Origin: Octopus sinensis
Lineage: Eukaryota
Assembly: GCF_006345805.1 (NCBI RefSeq)
Contig: NC_043011.1
Coordinates: 28,594,464 to 28,658,463 of the forward strand
Length of the DNA stretch: 64,000 bases
Reading direction: 5' to 3'
Of the stretch, positions 38,541-51,556 are shown in pieces. Position 1 is the first letter of the stretch; every line of letters starts with the position of its first letter. The notes below the pieces were generated by a model that saw nothing but the letters and a program-made list of their open reading frames with translations, was not told where the DNA came from and did no database searches. The translations under genes were made by a program, and so were the position numbers.

Positions 38541-39484
38541 AGAAAGAATATTACGTTAAAAGCACGTTGCTCATTTTTAACTCTCTGACAATGATGACAA
38601 ACTAAATGATTTTCTGAAGCTGGAGTTATCGAAACCAGAAAAGTGTTTCGTATTAGTCAACCTACTGAATATTCAATAACACTAAAGATGCTTATTCTGT
38701 GGTTGATGTAATGTTATCCAATTACTTGAATTCTTTCACATAAAATCAAATTTGTAACGAAAAAAAAATGGAAAACCGCAGCCATTGAACTGTGCAAAAT
38801 AGCATTGACAAGCATGGCTACCTGTGCGAATTTATTTGGAATCTGTTGTATCACCAAATGCTCTTTACACGATATCACAACATTCAATGATTCGGCTTAT
38901 GTACTTATGAAAAGACTCGGTTTTATTTCCATTGCAAATATTCTATTACATAACCTATTGTGTTTTCGTAGTACTATAATCCAGCCTTCCTTAACTTTAA
39001 AAGATTGTATCACTTTTAGTTGTATTGTTCAATAATTCGTTCATTCGTTTATTGATTCATTCAGCATCGAATATTTTCTGAAAAGCACGTAATACTCTAA
39101 CTTTATTTCTCTGTGTATCACATAAAATAAGTATTATAGAGATTATTCTGCCATCAATGTTTAACAAGCGTCTTTATTTCTTTGTGTTTGCATTTAGTTA
39201 CGTTTTCTGCTGAATTTTGGTTTCTTTTTGGCGGGGGTGAAAATGAAAAATAAATATATTTTTCTCTTAAAAAAATATCTTTTCATATGAAAGATTGTAT
39301 TCGGTTTGTTTATGACATAACTTTGGCAATTTCCTAAAGAAATAAAATATAATAAATACAGTGTAAAGAGTCAATGAGTGAAAAAGACAGAGACGGTTGA
39401 ATCACACTTCTATAAATAATGCTTGTTTTATTTTTGAGTCCCAAAAGAATTACAAAAGAAATACTAAAGTGTATCACATGTGTG

Positions 39485-39615
39485 AAGGGGCCTAGTAGAG
39501 AGGATGTTGGTTTCATGACAGTGAGATCGCGGTTTCCATTTCAGGGTCGGAAATTCATTGATCCTTTGAAGAAAACACTTTAATTCACGTCGCTCCAGTC
39601 CACTCAGCAGAAAAC
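39485..39615 (+). mobile_element. Degenerate SINE B head and centre
   Basis: cacgtcgctccagtccactcagc block. Confidence 0.5.
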
Positions 39616-39934
39616 GGAGACGATCAAAATTAAACTGCAAATGACTGAAGTACTTTTCGGAAGAGAATTTTATGTGCTTTCAATCGCCTAAACGCTTCAG
39701 AAATCCAGAAAAGATAATGCGTCTCAACTTGTAGGTTCAAGGCAAATTTAACTCCCTAATTTTTCAATAACTCTGAGCAAAAAAACTAAATAAACCAAAT
39801 ATTGTAAACCTGCTAGTCTGGAAAACTGTTGTCTCTTAAATCACAGCGTTATCAATAAATGTTTCTAACATAGATGTAAGGCCAAAAATATAATGAGATG
39901 CAGGTTAGTAAATGACATTGATCCCAGTGCATTA

Positions 39935-40770
39935 CGAATATTTTATTTTATCGACCCCTGAAAGGTAAAGTTGTCCTTGGTGGGATGTCAGCTCTAAACG
40001 TAAAGGAGTCGGAGCAAATATCATGAGGCAATTTTCTCCGACTCTCAGCTTTTCTGACAAACCTACCCCACTCGTACCTGTATCAATAATACTGTTCTTT
40101 ATGTCGAAATAAAATATAGTAAATATAGTTTGAAGAGTCAATGAATCATATTTTGTGGGAAAGACATAGACGATTGCATTACATCTGTATAAATAATGCT
40201 ATTTTTTTTGTTCAGTCCCAAAAGGCAATTTTCTCCGACACTCAGCTTTTCCGTCAAACCCGCCTCACTCACAATTGTATCAATAATGCTGTTCCTTATG
40301 TTGCAACAAATCTTTTATTTATAGTGGAGTTGTTATATTTAATTGATATTAGTATTTTTATATTGCTGGTACTTCTTTTTATCGAGCACAGAAGGATCAA
40401 AAGGCAAAGTCGATCCCGGCTTAGAGTCTCCAAGGAATCTAACTAAATCTCGATTTCTCCACTTCAAGAGAGGCAATTCAATTAGTCAACCAACCAATTC
40501 TTTTAAGATTCTTCGCTCTGCCAAACCACCGCCTTAGTATTGTTTTCAATACAATATTATGTCATATTTATCTTTTATTTTTCACTTGTTTCAGACATTG
40601 AACTACGACAATACTGGAGCACTAACTGAAATGATTTAGTTGGAAAAATCTCCCCCTGTATTTATGCATTTTTTTTTAAAGTTAACATTTAGTCTGTTAG
40701 GGTTTTTGTCGAACCGCTAATTTATAGTGACGAACAAACCGACACTGGCTATTAAGTGGTGGCGAGGAAC
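39935..40770 (-). mobile_element. Degenerate SINE E copies and a SINE A tail
   Basis: Partial matches at about 39935-40100, 40220-40520 (E) and 40580-40770 (A). Confidence 0.5.
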
Positions 40771-41509
40771 AGACACAATTACAACACACACACACACATG
40801 TATATATATATATATATGTATAACACTTTAACTACGTTCAGCTTGAGAGGTGCGGCCACCCTTGGTTTTGCTACACTTTCCCTACATGAAACCTCCTCTG
40901 ATGTGTGGCATTTGGCTGAACGAGGGAGTCTGATGCTGCTGCCCTCATCTGATTCCTACCGTGAGGTAGGCTCATCCGAAATCCTTGACAGGAGATCCAG
41001 TTTTGTTTGAAGATACCTATATCCACAGCATACCTATATCTCAAGCATTTTGGAAAAAAAATGTCTTTAATTTTCTTCATACTTTCCTTCCTCTTCTTTC
41101 CTTGCCTTCCTACCAATTCTAAAGGGTCGGAGACCCTTTAAAAATGATCACAGTCACTGCAATCCTTTTCTCATTCGAAACATAAACTAACAACTAAATA
41201 AATTATTAAATCCGTAATATACAATGATGCCAAAATAGGTTAGTGAGAAAATCATTTGCAATGCGAAGAATTTATTGATTGTAATTATCTACTGTTTTTT
41301 TATATATATAATTGTATTTTATGCGTTAATGAATTAAATTAAATTAAATTATGAATTATTTGTTTATTTTGTTAGTGTTTTCCGGATTTGTATAGGGAAA
41401 TGTTCAAGTAGATTTGGATATTTGAATAGTTGGAGAGCTAGAGAAAAAGTAAATCTGCTTAAAATTCACTGCATTTGTATTGTATGTGTTCTTACAGAGT
41501 ATTAGTTGA

Positions 41510-42090
41510 TGTTGTTGTTGTTGTGGTGGTGGTGGTGGTGGTGGTGGTGGTGGTGGTGGAGGCGGCGGCGGCGGCGGCGGCGGCGGTGGTGTCGGTGCTG
41601 GCGATGCTGGCGGTAGCGGTGGTGGTGGAGGTGGTGGTGGTGGCGGCGGTGGAGCTGGTTACCGCGGCGATGATAATAATAGTAGGGGTGATGAATGTGG
41701 TTACGGTGCTGGTGATGTCGGTGGTAGTGATTGCAGTGGCACGGTAAAGATGGTGGTGGTGGTGGCGGCGGCGGCGGAGGCGGCGGCGGCGGAGGCGGCG
41801 GCGGCGGCGGAGGCGGCGGCGGAGGCGGTGGTGTCGGTGCTGGCGGTGCTGGCGGTGGTGGTGGTGCTGATGGTGGTGATGGTGGTGGTGGTGATGGTGG
41901 TGGTGGTGGTGGTGGTAGAGATGGTAGTGGCGGTGAATATGGTGATGGTTGTACTGATGGTCGTGGCGGAGGTGGCAGCGGTGGTAGCGGTGATAGCGGT
42001 GGTGAATGAAGAACGCAGTGGTGGCAAAAGTGATAACGGTAAAGTTGATGGAGATGTTACTGCTCGTGGCGGTGATGGAAAGGGTCGTCC
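41510..42090. repeat. GC-rich (GGT)n/(GGC)n compound trinucleotide region
   Basis: Direct reading; two related sub-blocks. Confidence 0.85.
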
Positions 42091-42234
42091 TCCTTATTTG
42101 TTGTTATTGAATAGACATCTTGCCTCAGCTCCACTCAGTCAGACGTTTTCGTTTTTGTTTAGTCCCAGCTCAGGGATTTTCTGATTGAAGATGTTCATCC
42201 CATCGTTTTATTCTTGCTATTGTTATCATCCAAG

Positions 42235-42580
42235 ACAGTGAGCTGGCAGACACGTTAGAGCATTGGATAAAAATGCTTTGCGGTATTTATTCTAAATCTT
42301 TACATACTAGGTTCAAATAACAATAGTGCATAAGGATCAATGTAATCGACTTGCTCCTCACCTCAAAACTGCTGGCCTGTGCTAAATTTAGAAATCCTTA
42401 TTATCATCTAAGGGGGCGAACTGGCAGAATCGATAGGTCGGACAAAATGTACAATAGCATTTCGTCCGGCTCTTTATCATCCCAGTTTAAATACCGCCGA
42501 CGACAAATTTTCCTTTCATCTTCCAGGGTCGATTCGATGTAAACCACTCTCACTCAAACTGGTGACCTTGGGAAAGTTGC
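42235..42580 (+). mobile_element. Two degenerate SINE E copies
   Basis: gagctggcagacacgttag and gaactggcagaatcg heads with B-box remnants. Confidence 0.6.
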
Positions 42581-42644
42581 ATTAGTAATTCAACTTTTGT
42601 ATATAGAAGCGTATACTGTGTCCAGCTGCTATAATAATTTATCT

Positions 42645-43250
42645 AAGGCAGCGAGCTGACAGAAACGTTAGCACACCGGGCGAAATACCTAGCGGTATTT
42701 CGTCTGTTTTCACGTTCCGAGTTCAAATTCTGCCGAGGTCGACTTTACCTTTCATCCTTTCGTGGTCGATAAATTCAGTACCAGTTACGCACTGGGGTCG
42801 ATGTAATCGACTTAATCCCTTTGTCTGTCCTTGTTTGTCCCCTCTATGTGGGCAATAGAGAAATAAGAAACGTTAGCACGCCGAGCGAAATACCTACCGG
42901 TATTTCGTCTGCCGCTACGTTCTGAGTTCAAATTCCGCCGAGGTTGACTTTGCCTTTCATCTTTTCGGGGTCGACTAAATAAGTATCAGTTACGCACTGT
43001 GGTCGATATAATCGACTTAATCCGTTTGTCAGTCCTTGTTTGTTCTCTCTGTGTTTAGCCCCTTGTGGGTAGTAAGGAAAAACGTATTTCGTCTGCCTTT
43101 ATGTTCTGTGTTCAAATTTTGCCACGGTCGACTTTGCGTTTCATCCTTTCGGCGTCGATAAATTAAGTACCAGTTGCATATTGGGGTCGATCTAATCGAC
43201 TGCGCCCCTCCCGAAAATTTGGCCCTTGTGCCTAAAGTAGAAAAGAATAT
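42645..43250 (+). mobile_element. SINE type E trimer
   Basis: Three tandem modules. Candidate TSD TTTATCT at 42638-42644 and 43251-43257. Confidence 0.88.
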
Positions 43251-43824
43251 TTTATCTCTCCGAAAAGTTACTTTGAGATAGAATACAACATCTAGTGCCA
43301 TTCTTTACTTGTAAATAAATTATAATACCGAAGGCATCGTCATCTTAATCAAAGATTGTATCAAGTCAGTATTTTCATTTAAATCTAGTCAAACCTTCCT
43401 TCGCACAAATCAGTGAATGTTTTCTACACCGACTTGTGTATCAGCACGAATATTTTCCGGCTCTGTTCAGAATGTCAAGGAATAAGATCAAATGAAATCT
43501 AAACAGAATGTCCGATGTTCTGCTGATGACATTCTGAGCAAGTGCTGTCTTTAGAAATATTTGTAAGAGGGTTCGCAGGGACAAAATATCACAGTTTGTG
43601 GTCTTTTGTGTTTGAATAATCACTGTAAATGTTATATACGTTATTATTTTTATCTAATGGTGTTTCAGTTGCGTAAATAGATATTTGTGATGGGATGTGC
43701 TGGGGCGCACGTGTATGTATGTGCGTGTGTATATAGATACACACATACACACACACACATATCTGCATACACACACACATATCTGCATACACACACACAC
43801 ATATCTGCATACACACATATAAGC

Positions 43825-43859
<35 letters not shown>

Positions 43860-44015
43860 TATAAACACACACACATATATATATTAGTACATACATACAT
43901 ATAAACACGTATGTATATATATGTGTGTGTGTGTGTGTTACATGTGTGTTATATGTGTGTTTGTTTGTGGGGCGAATGTATAGATACATCATACATACAA
44001 ATATATATAAGTATA

Positions 44016-44115
<100 letters not shown>

Positions 44116-44381
44116 CATATATATATACATATATATACAGCTTGCATTATCATTAAGTAAACATGTCAGGCGTATTGTTATAATGGTGGGAAAAATCAAC
44201 AATGCTACATTATAATTCTTAAGTGTTTAACTTCTGTTAGATTTCAAGGTATATTTTACGTGTTCTGTATTTGTGTGTTGGTACAACCAAAGCAGAAACT
44301 AGTAAAAAACGTACAACGTATCACGCCCAACCACAAACTCATAATGTATTTGCGTTACGAGCACAAAGAGGTAGAATAATA

Positions 44382-44600
44382 TTGTTATGAAGCTGATACT
44401 CCAAACATGAAGACCTCAGATAGTAATCTAGACAACAAATGTAATATATACACTTCAATGTAAATATGGAAGATGTATACATTAAAACTCTTTCAAGCTA
44501 TTGCTTAAGATACGCACACCTGTTTTTGTGCGGGGAGGTGTGAGTCTTAAACAATAGCTTCAGGGAGCTTTGAAGTTTACGACTATCAGCTTCATAACAA
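44382..44600. mobile_element. Nested fold-back (MITE-like) element
   Basis: Perfect 17-bp inverted repeat at 44382-44398/44584-44600 and an inner imperfect one at 44495-44520/44537-44560. Confidence 0.5.
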
Positions 44601-44859
44601 CGTTTTTATTTCTGGTAGGTATGAAAATATACCGGTATGAATTCTTACAACAGCGGTGAGAAAACATACGATTTACTGCACACCACCATTTGCCATACAC
44701 TTTTGGAAATAAATTGTGAAACCGGTCAAATGTATATTTATATTTTAAAATTTAAATAAATTCCAATTTTATATGTATTTCCGCACGCACATATATATTC
44801 GTATGTGCGTGTGTGTATGCTTATATACATTCGTGTATGTTATTACCTGACATACGTAT

Positions 44860-44885
44860 ATAGATATATCAATATGCATATATAT

Positions 44886-44928
<43 letters not shown>

Positions 44929-45039
44929 TCTTTGTATGTGTGTTTTCATGCATACACACCCATATATATATATATATATATATGTATGTATATATATATT
45001 ATAATATATATATATAATATATATATATATATGTATGTG

Positions 45040-45081
<42 letters not shown>

Positions 45082-45147
45082 ATATATATATGTATTATAT
45101 TATATATATATATATATATATATATTATGTATGTGTATATATATATG

Positions 45148-45194
<47 letters not shown>

Positions 45195-45209
45195 TATGTA
45201 TGTGTTATA

Positions 45210-45255
<46 letters not shown>

Positions 45256-45325
45256 ATATATATAATATATATGTATTATATATATATATATATTATATAT
45301 TATATATATATATATATAATATATA

Positions 45326-45365
<40 letters not shown>
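44860..45365. repeat. About 500-bp (TA)n array
   Basis: Direct reading. Confidence 0.95.
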
Positions 45366-45368
<3 letters not shown>

Positions 45369-45369
45369 G

Positions 45370-45712
45370 TAGAAAAATACAAACTGGGACAAGAACGTAA
45401 AACATTTAGAAGACGATACAAACACACGGGACATTCGAACCGGATCATCCTAGCAATTTCGGCTGATTAATCTTGAGATCGCTCCGATCCGGCCAGCCCC
45501 AAGGATACGAGCATTAGATTTCTTGGAAGAAGGATCGAATGTATACGAAACAGGGACAGAAAAATGGACGATGCCACACGAATATAAAATACAAAAGACA
45601 ATAATGGTAAAAACAGGACAAAAACAGCGGGTGTCTTACGACTAATAAGTAGTACCAGTTTAGCTGGCGTATTTGGAAATAATGCCTTTATCGGCAGACG
45701 AAGACAACAGAT
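45370..45712 (-). mobile_element. TA-flanked interspersed repeat, longer relative of 9646-9815
   Basis: Shared blocks; (TA)n on both sides. Confidence 0.55.
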
Positions 45713-45731
45713 AATATATATATATAATATT

Positions 45732-45763
<32 letters not shown>

Positions 45764-45767
<4 letters not shown>

Positions 45768-46290
45768 ACATAAGGGGGATCAGCCATCTGAATGTGGCTA
45801 GGGACAGGGCGGGGTGGTGGGTGTGTTACTGATGCATTTAGCCCCAGGCGATCATCGACGTCACCAGAAGGGCTGACACCATCTCGGTGTCCTTGCCAGC
45901 CTGCAAAGGGAGATCAGCCTCCCCGAAGATACGGATACTACATACGGACCGGTTTCGAGGTTATTGCCTCTTGTCAACGCATGGCAAGTACCGTTCTTCG
46001 TTGAGGGACTCCCTCTACAGGCTGGATATATAGGGATTTTCACAGTAACCACAGTCACTGGCGTAGAAAATCCGTTCGAAAACAATAATAAATCTCTGAG
46101 CGAGATATAAACAGTAACTGCTCTATAACATAAGGGGGATCAGCCATCTGAATGTGGCTCGATGATCGCCTGGGGCTAAATGCATCAGTAACACACCTAC
46201 CACCCCGCCCTGTCCCTAGCCACATTCAGATGGCTGATCCCTCTTATGTTATAGAGCAGTTACTGTTTATATCTCGCTCAGAGATTTATT

Positions 46291-46295
<5 letters not shown>
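45764..46295 (-). mobile_element. 360-bp terminally redundant hammerhead element with an inverted partial copy
   Basis: Plus-strand order X-Y-Z-W-X-Y'-X'-W'. X (36 bp) at 45764 and 46124. 78-bp arms at 46082-46159 and 46218-46295. (TA)n on both sides. Confidence 0.8.
45941..45983 (-). ncRNA. Minimal type I hammerhead, U3-A8 core
   Basis: CAUGCG-UUGACAA-GAGG(CAAUAA)CCUC-GAAA-CCGG-UC-CGUAUG: GUC triplet, 6-bp stem I, 4-bp stem II. Confidence 0.85.
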
Positions 46296-46321
<26 letters not shown>

Positions 46322-46325
<4 letters not shown>

Positions 46326-47115
46326 GAGAGGGAGAGAGGGAGATTGGCGGAGATTGGCGGAGATGGGCGGAGATGGGCGGAGACTGGCGGAGATTGGCGG
46401 GTATAGGCGGAGATAGGCGGAGATTGCCGGAGATTGCCGGAGATTGCAGGAGATTGCAGGACTTTGCCGGAGATTGCCGGAGATTACCGGAGATTGCCGG
46501 AGATTGCCGGAGATTGCTGGAGATAGCCGGAGATAGCCGGAATAGCATTTTGGGAGATTTCCCAATAATGCTTGGTGTTAAAACACCTGGGAGAGAGGGA
46601 GAGATTGAAATTGGCAGAGATGGGCGGAGATAGGCCGAGATGGGCGGAGATAGGCGGGGATTGGCGGAGATTGGCGGAGATAGGTGGAGATTGGCAGAGA
46701 TACGCGGAGATTGGCGGAATAGCATTTTGGGAGATTTCCCAATAATGCTGGTGGCGGAGATAGACGGAGATTGGCGGAGATAGGCGGAGATAGGCGGAGA
46801 TAGGCGGAATAGCATTTTGGGAGATTTCCCAATAATGCTGGGTGTTAAAACACCTGGAAGAGTGTGAGATAGAGTGAGACAGGCGGAGATAGAGTGAGAT
46901 AGGCGGAGATATGCGGAGATAGAGTGAGATAACCGGAGACAGCCGGAGATGGTCGGAGATTGGCAGAATAGCATTTTGGGAGATTTCCCAATAATGCTGG
47001 GTGTTAAAACATCTGGGAGATGGGCGGAATAGCATTTTGGGAGATTTCCCAGTAATGCTGGGTGTTAAAACACCTGGGAGAGAGTATGATAGACGGAAAT
47101 AGGGAGATAGACGGA
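46322..47115. repeat. Compound minisatellite: a 50-bp double-hairpin unit (five copies) separated by variable runs of a 10-bp GGCGGAGATN unit
   Basis: Units start at 46541, 46718 (truncated), 46808, 46967 and 47028. Confidence 0.9.
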
Positions 47116-47879
47116 GAGATAGATCATAGAGAATGAGAAATATTCTTGTGTGGCTTTGTTCTATTTAGGAAAAGTTACATGAGTGTATAAGGCATTTCTC
47201 AAAAATTCAGCTAAACGTTCAGTACTACAAGAAGTTTTAACGCTACTGGTAATCTTTCAGCATTGCTGGAAATTCAAGGAAAATTATCAAATGTCTGTCT
47301 CACTCACACAGTTTGTTTAAAGTGTCATGACTTACAATGTTGCTTTTATAAATATATATAACATTAATATTAACCACACCCATAGCTACTTGATGAAGTT
47401 ATCTACTATTAAAAATAAAAGCAAAAACAAGCCATCTCCTATCAACTAATAGTGACAGATCCGTAATGGTCAGATTTTGTTACAAAGTTTTCTGACAAAA
47501 TAGTTCTATTTTCAGTCACCACATATCTTTCTAAAGATATGTTTATTCTTAAATGTTAAAATACACAGGTTTGATTATACTTATAGAAGGTAGTACAACA
47601 TGGACTACAGCTCTTCCATGCCTGCATGGAATAAATATCGAAATGAAACTAATAAGATTAATTTTGGAAAACAACATGCAGTATATATATATATATATAT
47701 ATTTGTATGTATTTGCCAGGTGGTTAATAAGACTTACGTCTATGACAGCCTGTGTATATGTCTGGGTATGCGTGTGCATATGTCTGGAAAATAGAAAGAG
47801 GAAAAGGGCGGACGTAAGCAATCACATACACTACGTATATCTATACTGACAAATAGTCATACCGCCAAAGGGACACACA

Positions 47880-48002
<123 letters not shown>

Positions 48003-48161
48003 TCTTTTGACACATAATGTGAAAGATAAATTAATAAACAGATAACTAGATAGACCGAGATAAAATAACGGTCTTGATATCAACGAATTCAATTAGTCAA
48101 TATTCCCTCGAGCATCATTATCAGCACTCTATAACATATGTGTACGTGTATATATACATAC

Positions 48162-48201
<40 letters not shown>

Positions 48202-48318
48202 ATATATATATTATATATATATATTATATATATATATTACACGTACACATATATAGATATAGATATAGCTATAGATATATTTATATATCCAAAATATATT
48301 TTCTTTGCTAAGCCTGTA

Positions 48319-48382
<64 letters not shown>

Positions 48383-48876
48383 GGGGGGTGCGTGTATGTG
48401 TATACATATATGTATGTAGAGTTAGATACGTCTATATATATATATATATATTTCTTTTCTGTCGATTAGTGGTGCATAGAGTCCCTACTGCGTGTTTCAT
48501 GAATATTGTTTATCAAATAGATATTCGTCATAAATTGAATCATGTGCTCGACGTACCTGATCTGAAGTAAATATACATCGTTGTTAGACCCTACAGATTC
48601 TCTGAGTAAGTGAATTTTGTGCGTCCAATTTTCATCTGATACCCGCAGGGGGGATCAGTGGAAACGCTGATTCAGTTAAGCTCCTCACGATTTCATTTCC
48701 ACGGACGGGAGTGTTGAGTTACGTTTTTTTTTTATGTTCTCAGTTCAAATCTGAGTTCTACTACACTTCTTAAATTTCTGGTGAGTGAACGTGACAAAAT
48801 CTCTATCTTCCCAGCACTGATACTTTTGTACATTTTCGTATATTTTTGTACATTTTCGTACATTTTTGTACATCAT

Positions 48877-49260
48877 GAGTGGCTGTGCGGTAAGTAGCTT
48901 ACTTATCAACCACATGGTTCCGGGTTCAGTCCTACTGCGTGGAACCTTGGGCAAGTGTCTTCTACTATTGCCTCGGGCCGACCAAAGCCTTGTAAGTGGA
49001 TTTGCTAGATGGAAACTGAAAAGATGCCCGTCGTATATATGTATATGTATATATATGTGTGTGTGTTTGTCCCCCCAACATCGCTTGTCAACCGATGCTG
49101 GTGTGTTTACGTCCCCGTAACTTAGCAGTTCGGTAAAAGACACCGATAGAATAAGTACTAGGCTTACAAATAATAAGTCCTAGGGTCGATTTGCTCGACT
49201 AAAGGCGGTACTCCAGTATGGCCCCTGTCAAATGACTGAAACAAGTAAAAGAGTAAAGAG
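48877..49260 (+). mobile_element. SINE type A
   Basis: Near full-length match to 35887-36295. Confidence 0.92.
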
Positions 49261-49502
49261 TTTGAGCTGAGAGTTTTGCCTATCTTCTTCGTCTTTTTTC
49301 TTTTACTGTAACTAAGGTATTAATCAAGACTCACTAGAAGAGTGACAACGTTAATCGATTCGGACAGCTACAAAATGAGAACTGAAACAGCAACTCATAG
49401 TCTATTGGGTGAGAACTCACCACCATATGCATCTGTGCAATATGTGTGTGTTTGCGCGCGTAGACTGATATACATGCATATATATTCATATGCATATGTT
49501 TA

Positions 49503-49554
<52 letters not shown>

Positions 49555-49868
49555 TAAGAAAATGGAGGGGATCAATAGGTGATTCATCTACTTTTAGACA
49601 TTATATTATGTCAACTTACTTATATATTTCCTAAACTGACAAATACAAGAATATACATGTATAACATATTATGCTTTGCATATAAAATATAAAATATATT
49701 AATATATAAAAGGATACCAGTAATTATTACAATTTAACATACCCTCGGTAATGTAATTGCAATGCAATAAAAGCACTTGTGTATTAATAATTGTGTATTC
49801 TACCAGGAGTATATTGGATAGATATTATCCCTTAGTTGGTTGGATTCACAACCTCTAACTTTCATGGA

Positions 49869-49908
<40 letters not shown>

Positions 49909-49909
49909 T

Positions 49910-50115
49910 TTATCTTTTACTTGTTTCAGTCATTAGACTGCAGTCATTTATGGGACACCAGCTTGAAGAATTTTTTGTCGAATGAATCGACCTCATTATT
50001 TCTCTCCTTTGCTAAGCCTACTACTTATTCCGTTGGGCTCATTTGTCGAATTGCTAAGTTACGGGAACTTAAAGGCACCAATACCAGTTGTCACGCGGTG
50101 GTGGAGAACACACAT
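49910..50115 (-). mobile_element. SINE type A 3' half, diverged
   Basis: Tail module match. Confidence 0.7.
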
Positions 50116-50131
50116 AAGACACACGCCGCCC

Positions 50132-50178
<47 letters not shown>

Positions 50179-50210
50179 ATATATTTGTTTTTATCATTGC
50201 AGAAATAATA

Positions 50211-50668
50211 GGCGCAGAGTGATTGTGTGGTAAGTAGCTTGCTTACGAACCACACTGTTCCGAGTTCAATTCCACTGCGTGGCATCTTGGCCGAGTGTCT
50301 TTTAGTATAGCCTCGGGCCGACCAAAGCCTTGTGAGTGGAATTGGTAGACGGAAACTAAAAGAAGCCCATCGTATATATGTATGTGTATATATATATTTG
50401 TGTGTGTGTTGTGGTGTGTGTGTGTGTGTGTGTCTGTGTGTGTCTGTGTCTGTGTTTGTGTGTCTGTGTTTGTTCCACCAAGATCACTTGACAACTGACG
50501 CTGGTGTGTTTACGTCCCCGTAACTTAGCGGTTCAGCAAAAGATACTGATAGAATAAGTACTAGGCTTACAAAGAATAAGTCCTGGGGTCAATTTGTTTG
50601 ACTAAAGGCGGTGCTCCACTATGGCCACAGTCAAATGAATGAAACATGTAAAAGAGAGAGTAAAAGAG
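50211..50668 (+). mobile_element. SINE type A, full length
   Basis: Head, centre, (TG)n spacer and tail all present. Confidence 0.92.
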
Positions 50669-50973
50669 AATATATATAGAGGAAGAAAAGAAAAAGGAGA
50701 ACTTAAAATATAGACGTTAATTTATTAGAACATTTTCAATTCCGAACAATATCAAACCCATTGCACCTAACAATTATCTCCATGCTCAACTAATTCAATT
50801 TGAGAAATCAAATTAAAATAAATTCAATTTCCATATTGAATATCTTTAATTGGGGTAGAATTTGACAGAAAGGAGCTACATTACAATGTCTTATTTGACC
50901 CTTCTTAGACTCAGATATGTGTGATTCAGCAACCAATGTATTTTTTAAAAAACGGCACTTGTGTGTGTATACA

Positions 50974-51205
50974 CTTTACTCTTTTACTCTTTTACTTGTT
51001 TCAGTCAGTTAACTGCGGCCATGCTGGAGCACCACCTTTAGTCGAGCAAATCGACCCCGGGGCTTATTCTTTGTAAGCCCAGTACTTATTCTATCGGTCT
51101 CTTTTGCCGAACCGCTAATTGACGGGGACGTAAACACACCAGCATCGGTTGTCAAGCAATGCTAGGGGGACAAACAAGACACACAAACACACACACACAC
51201 ACACG

Positions 51206-51259
<54 letters not shown>

Positions 51260-51358
51260 TACGACAGGCTTCTTTCAGTTTTCGTCTACCAAATCCACTC
51301 ACAAGGCATTGGCCGGCCCGGGGCTATAGCAGAAGACACTTGCCCAAGATGCCACGCA

Positions 51359-51360
<2 letters not shown>
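50974..51360 (-). mobile_element. SINE type A lacking most of the head
   Basis: Match ends at gccacgcagt, followed by (TA)n. Confidence 0.9.
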
Positions 51361-51400
<40 letters not shown>

Positions 51401-51514
51401 TATACATATATATAAATATACATATATATAAAAAAAGTATTAAAACTTCCGGAATACATCTTGTGTATGCATGTATCTTTATATACATACATGTAAATGC
51501 ATCTATAAATATAC

Positions 51515-51556
<42 letters not shown>

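Noticed and set aside
46322-47115. CRISPR array, or a coding repeat (SPAISGNLRQ)
   Set aside because: Eukaryotic context, spacers are tandem decamers, no cas genes; a 10-bp period cannot hold a reading frame.
48815-48870. Short 10/20-bp tandem repeat (TTTTGTACA / TTTTCGTACA)
   Set aside because: Real, but only about five units and with no context to interpret.
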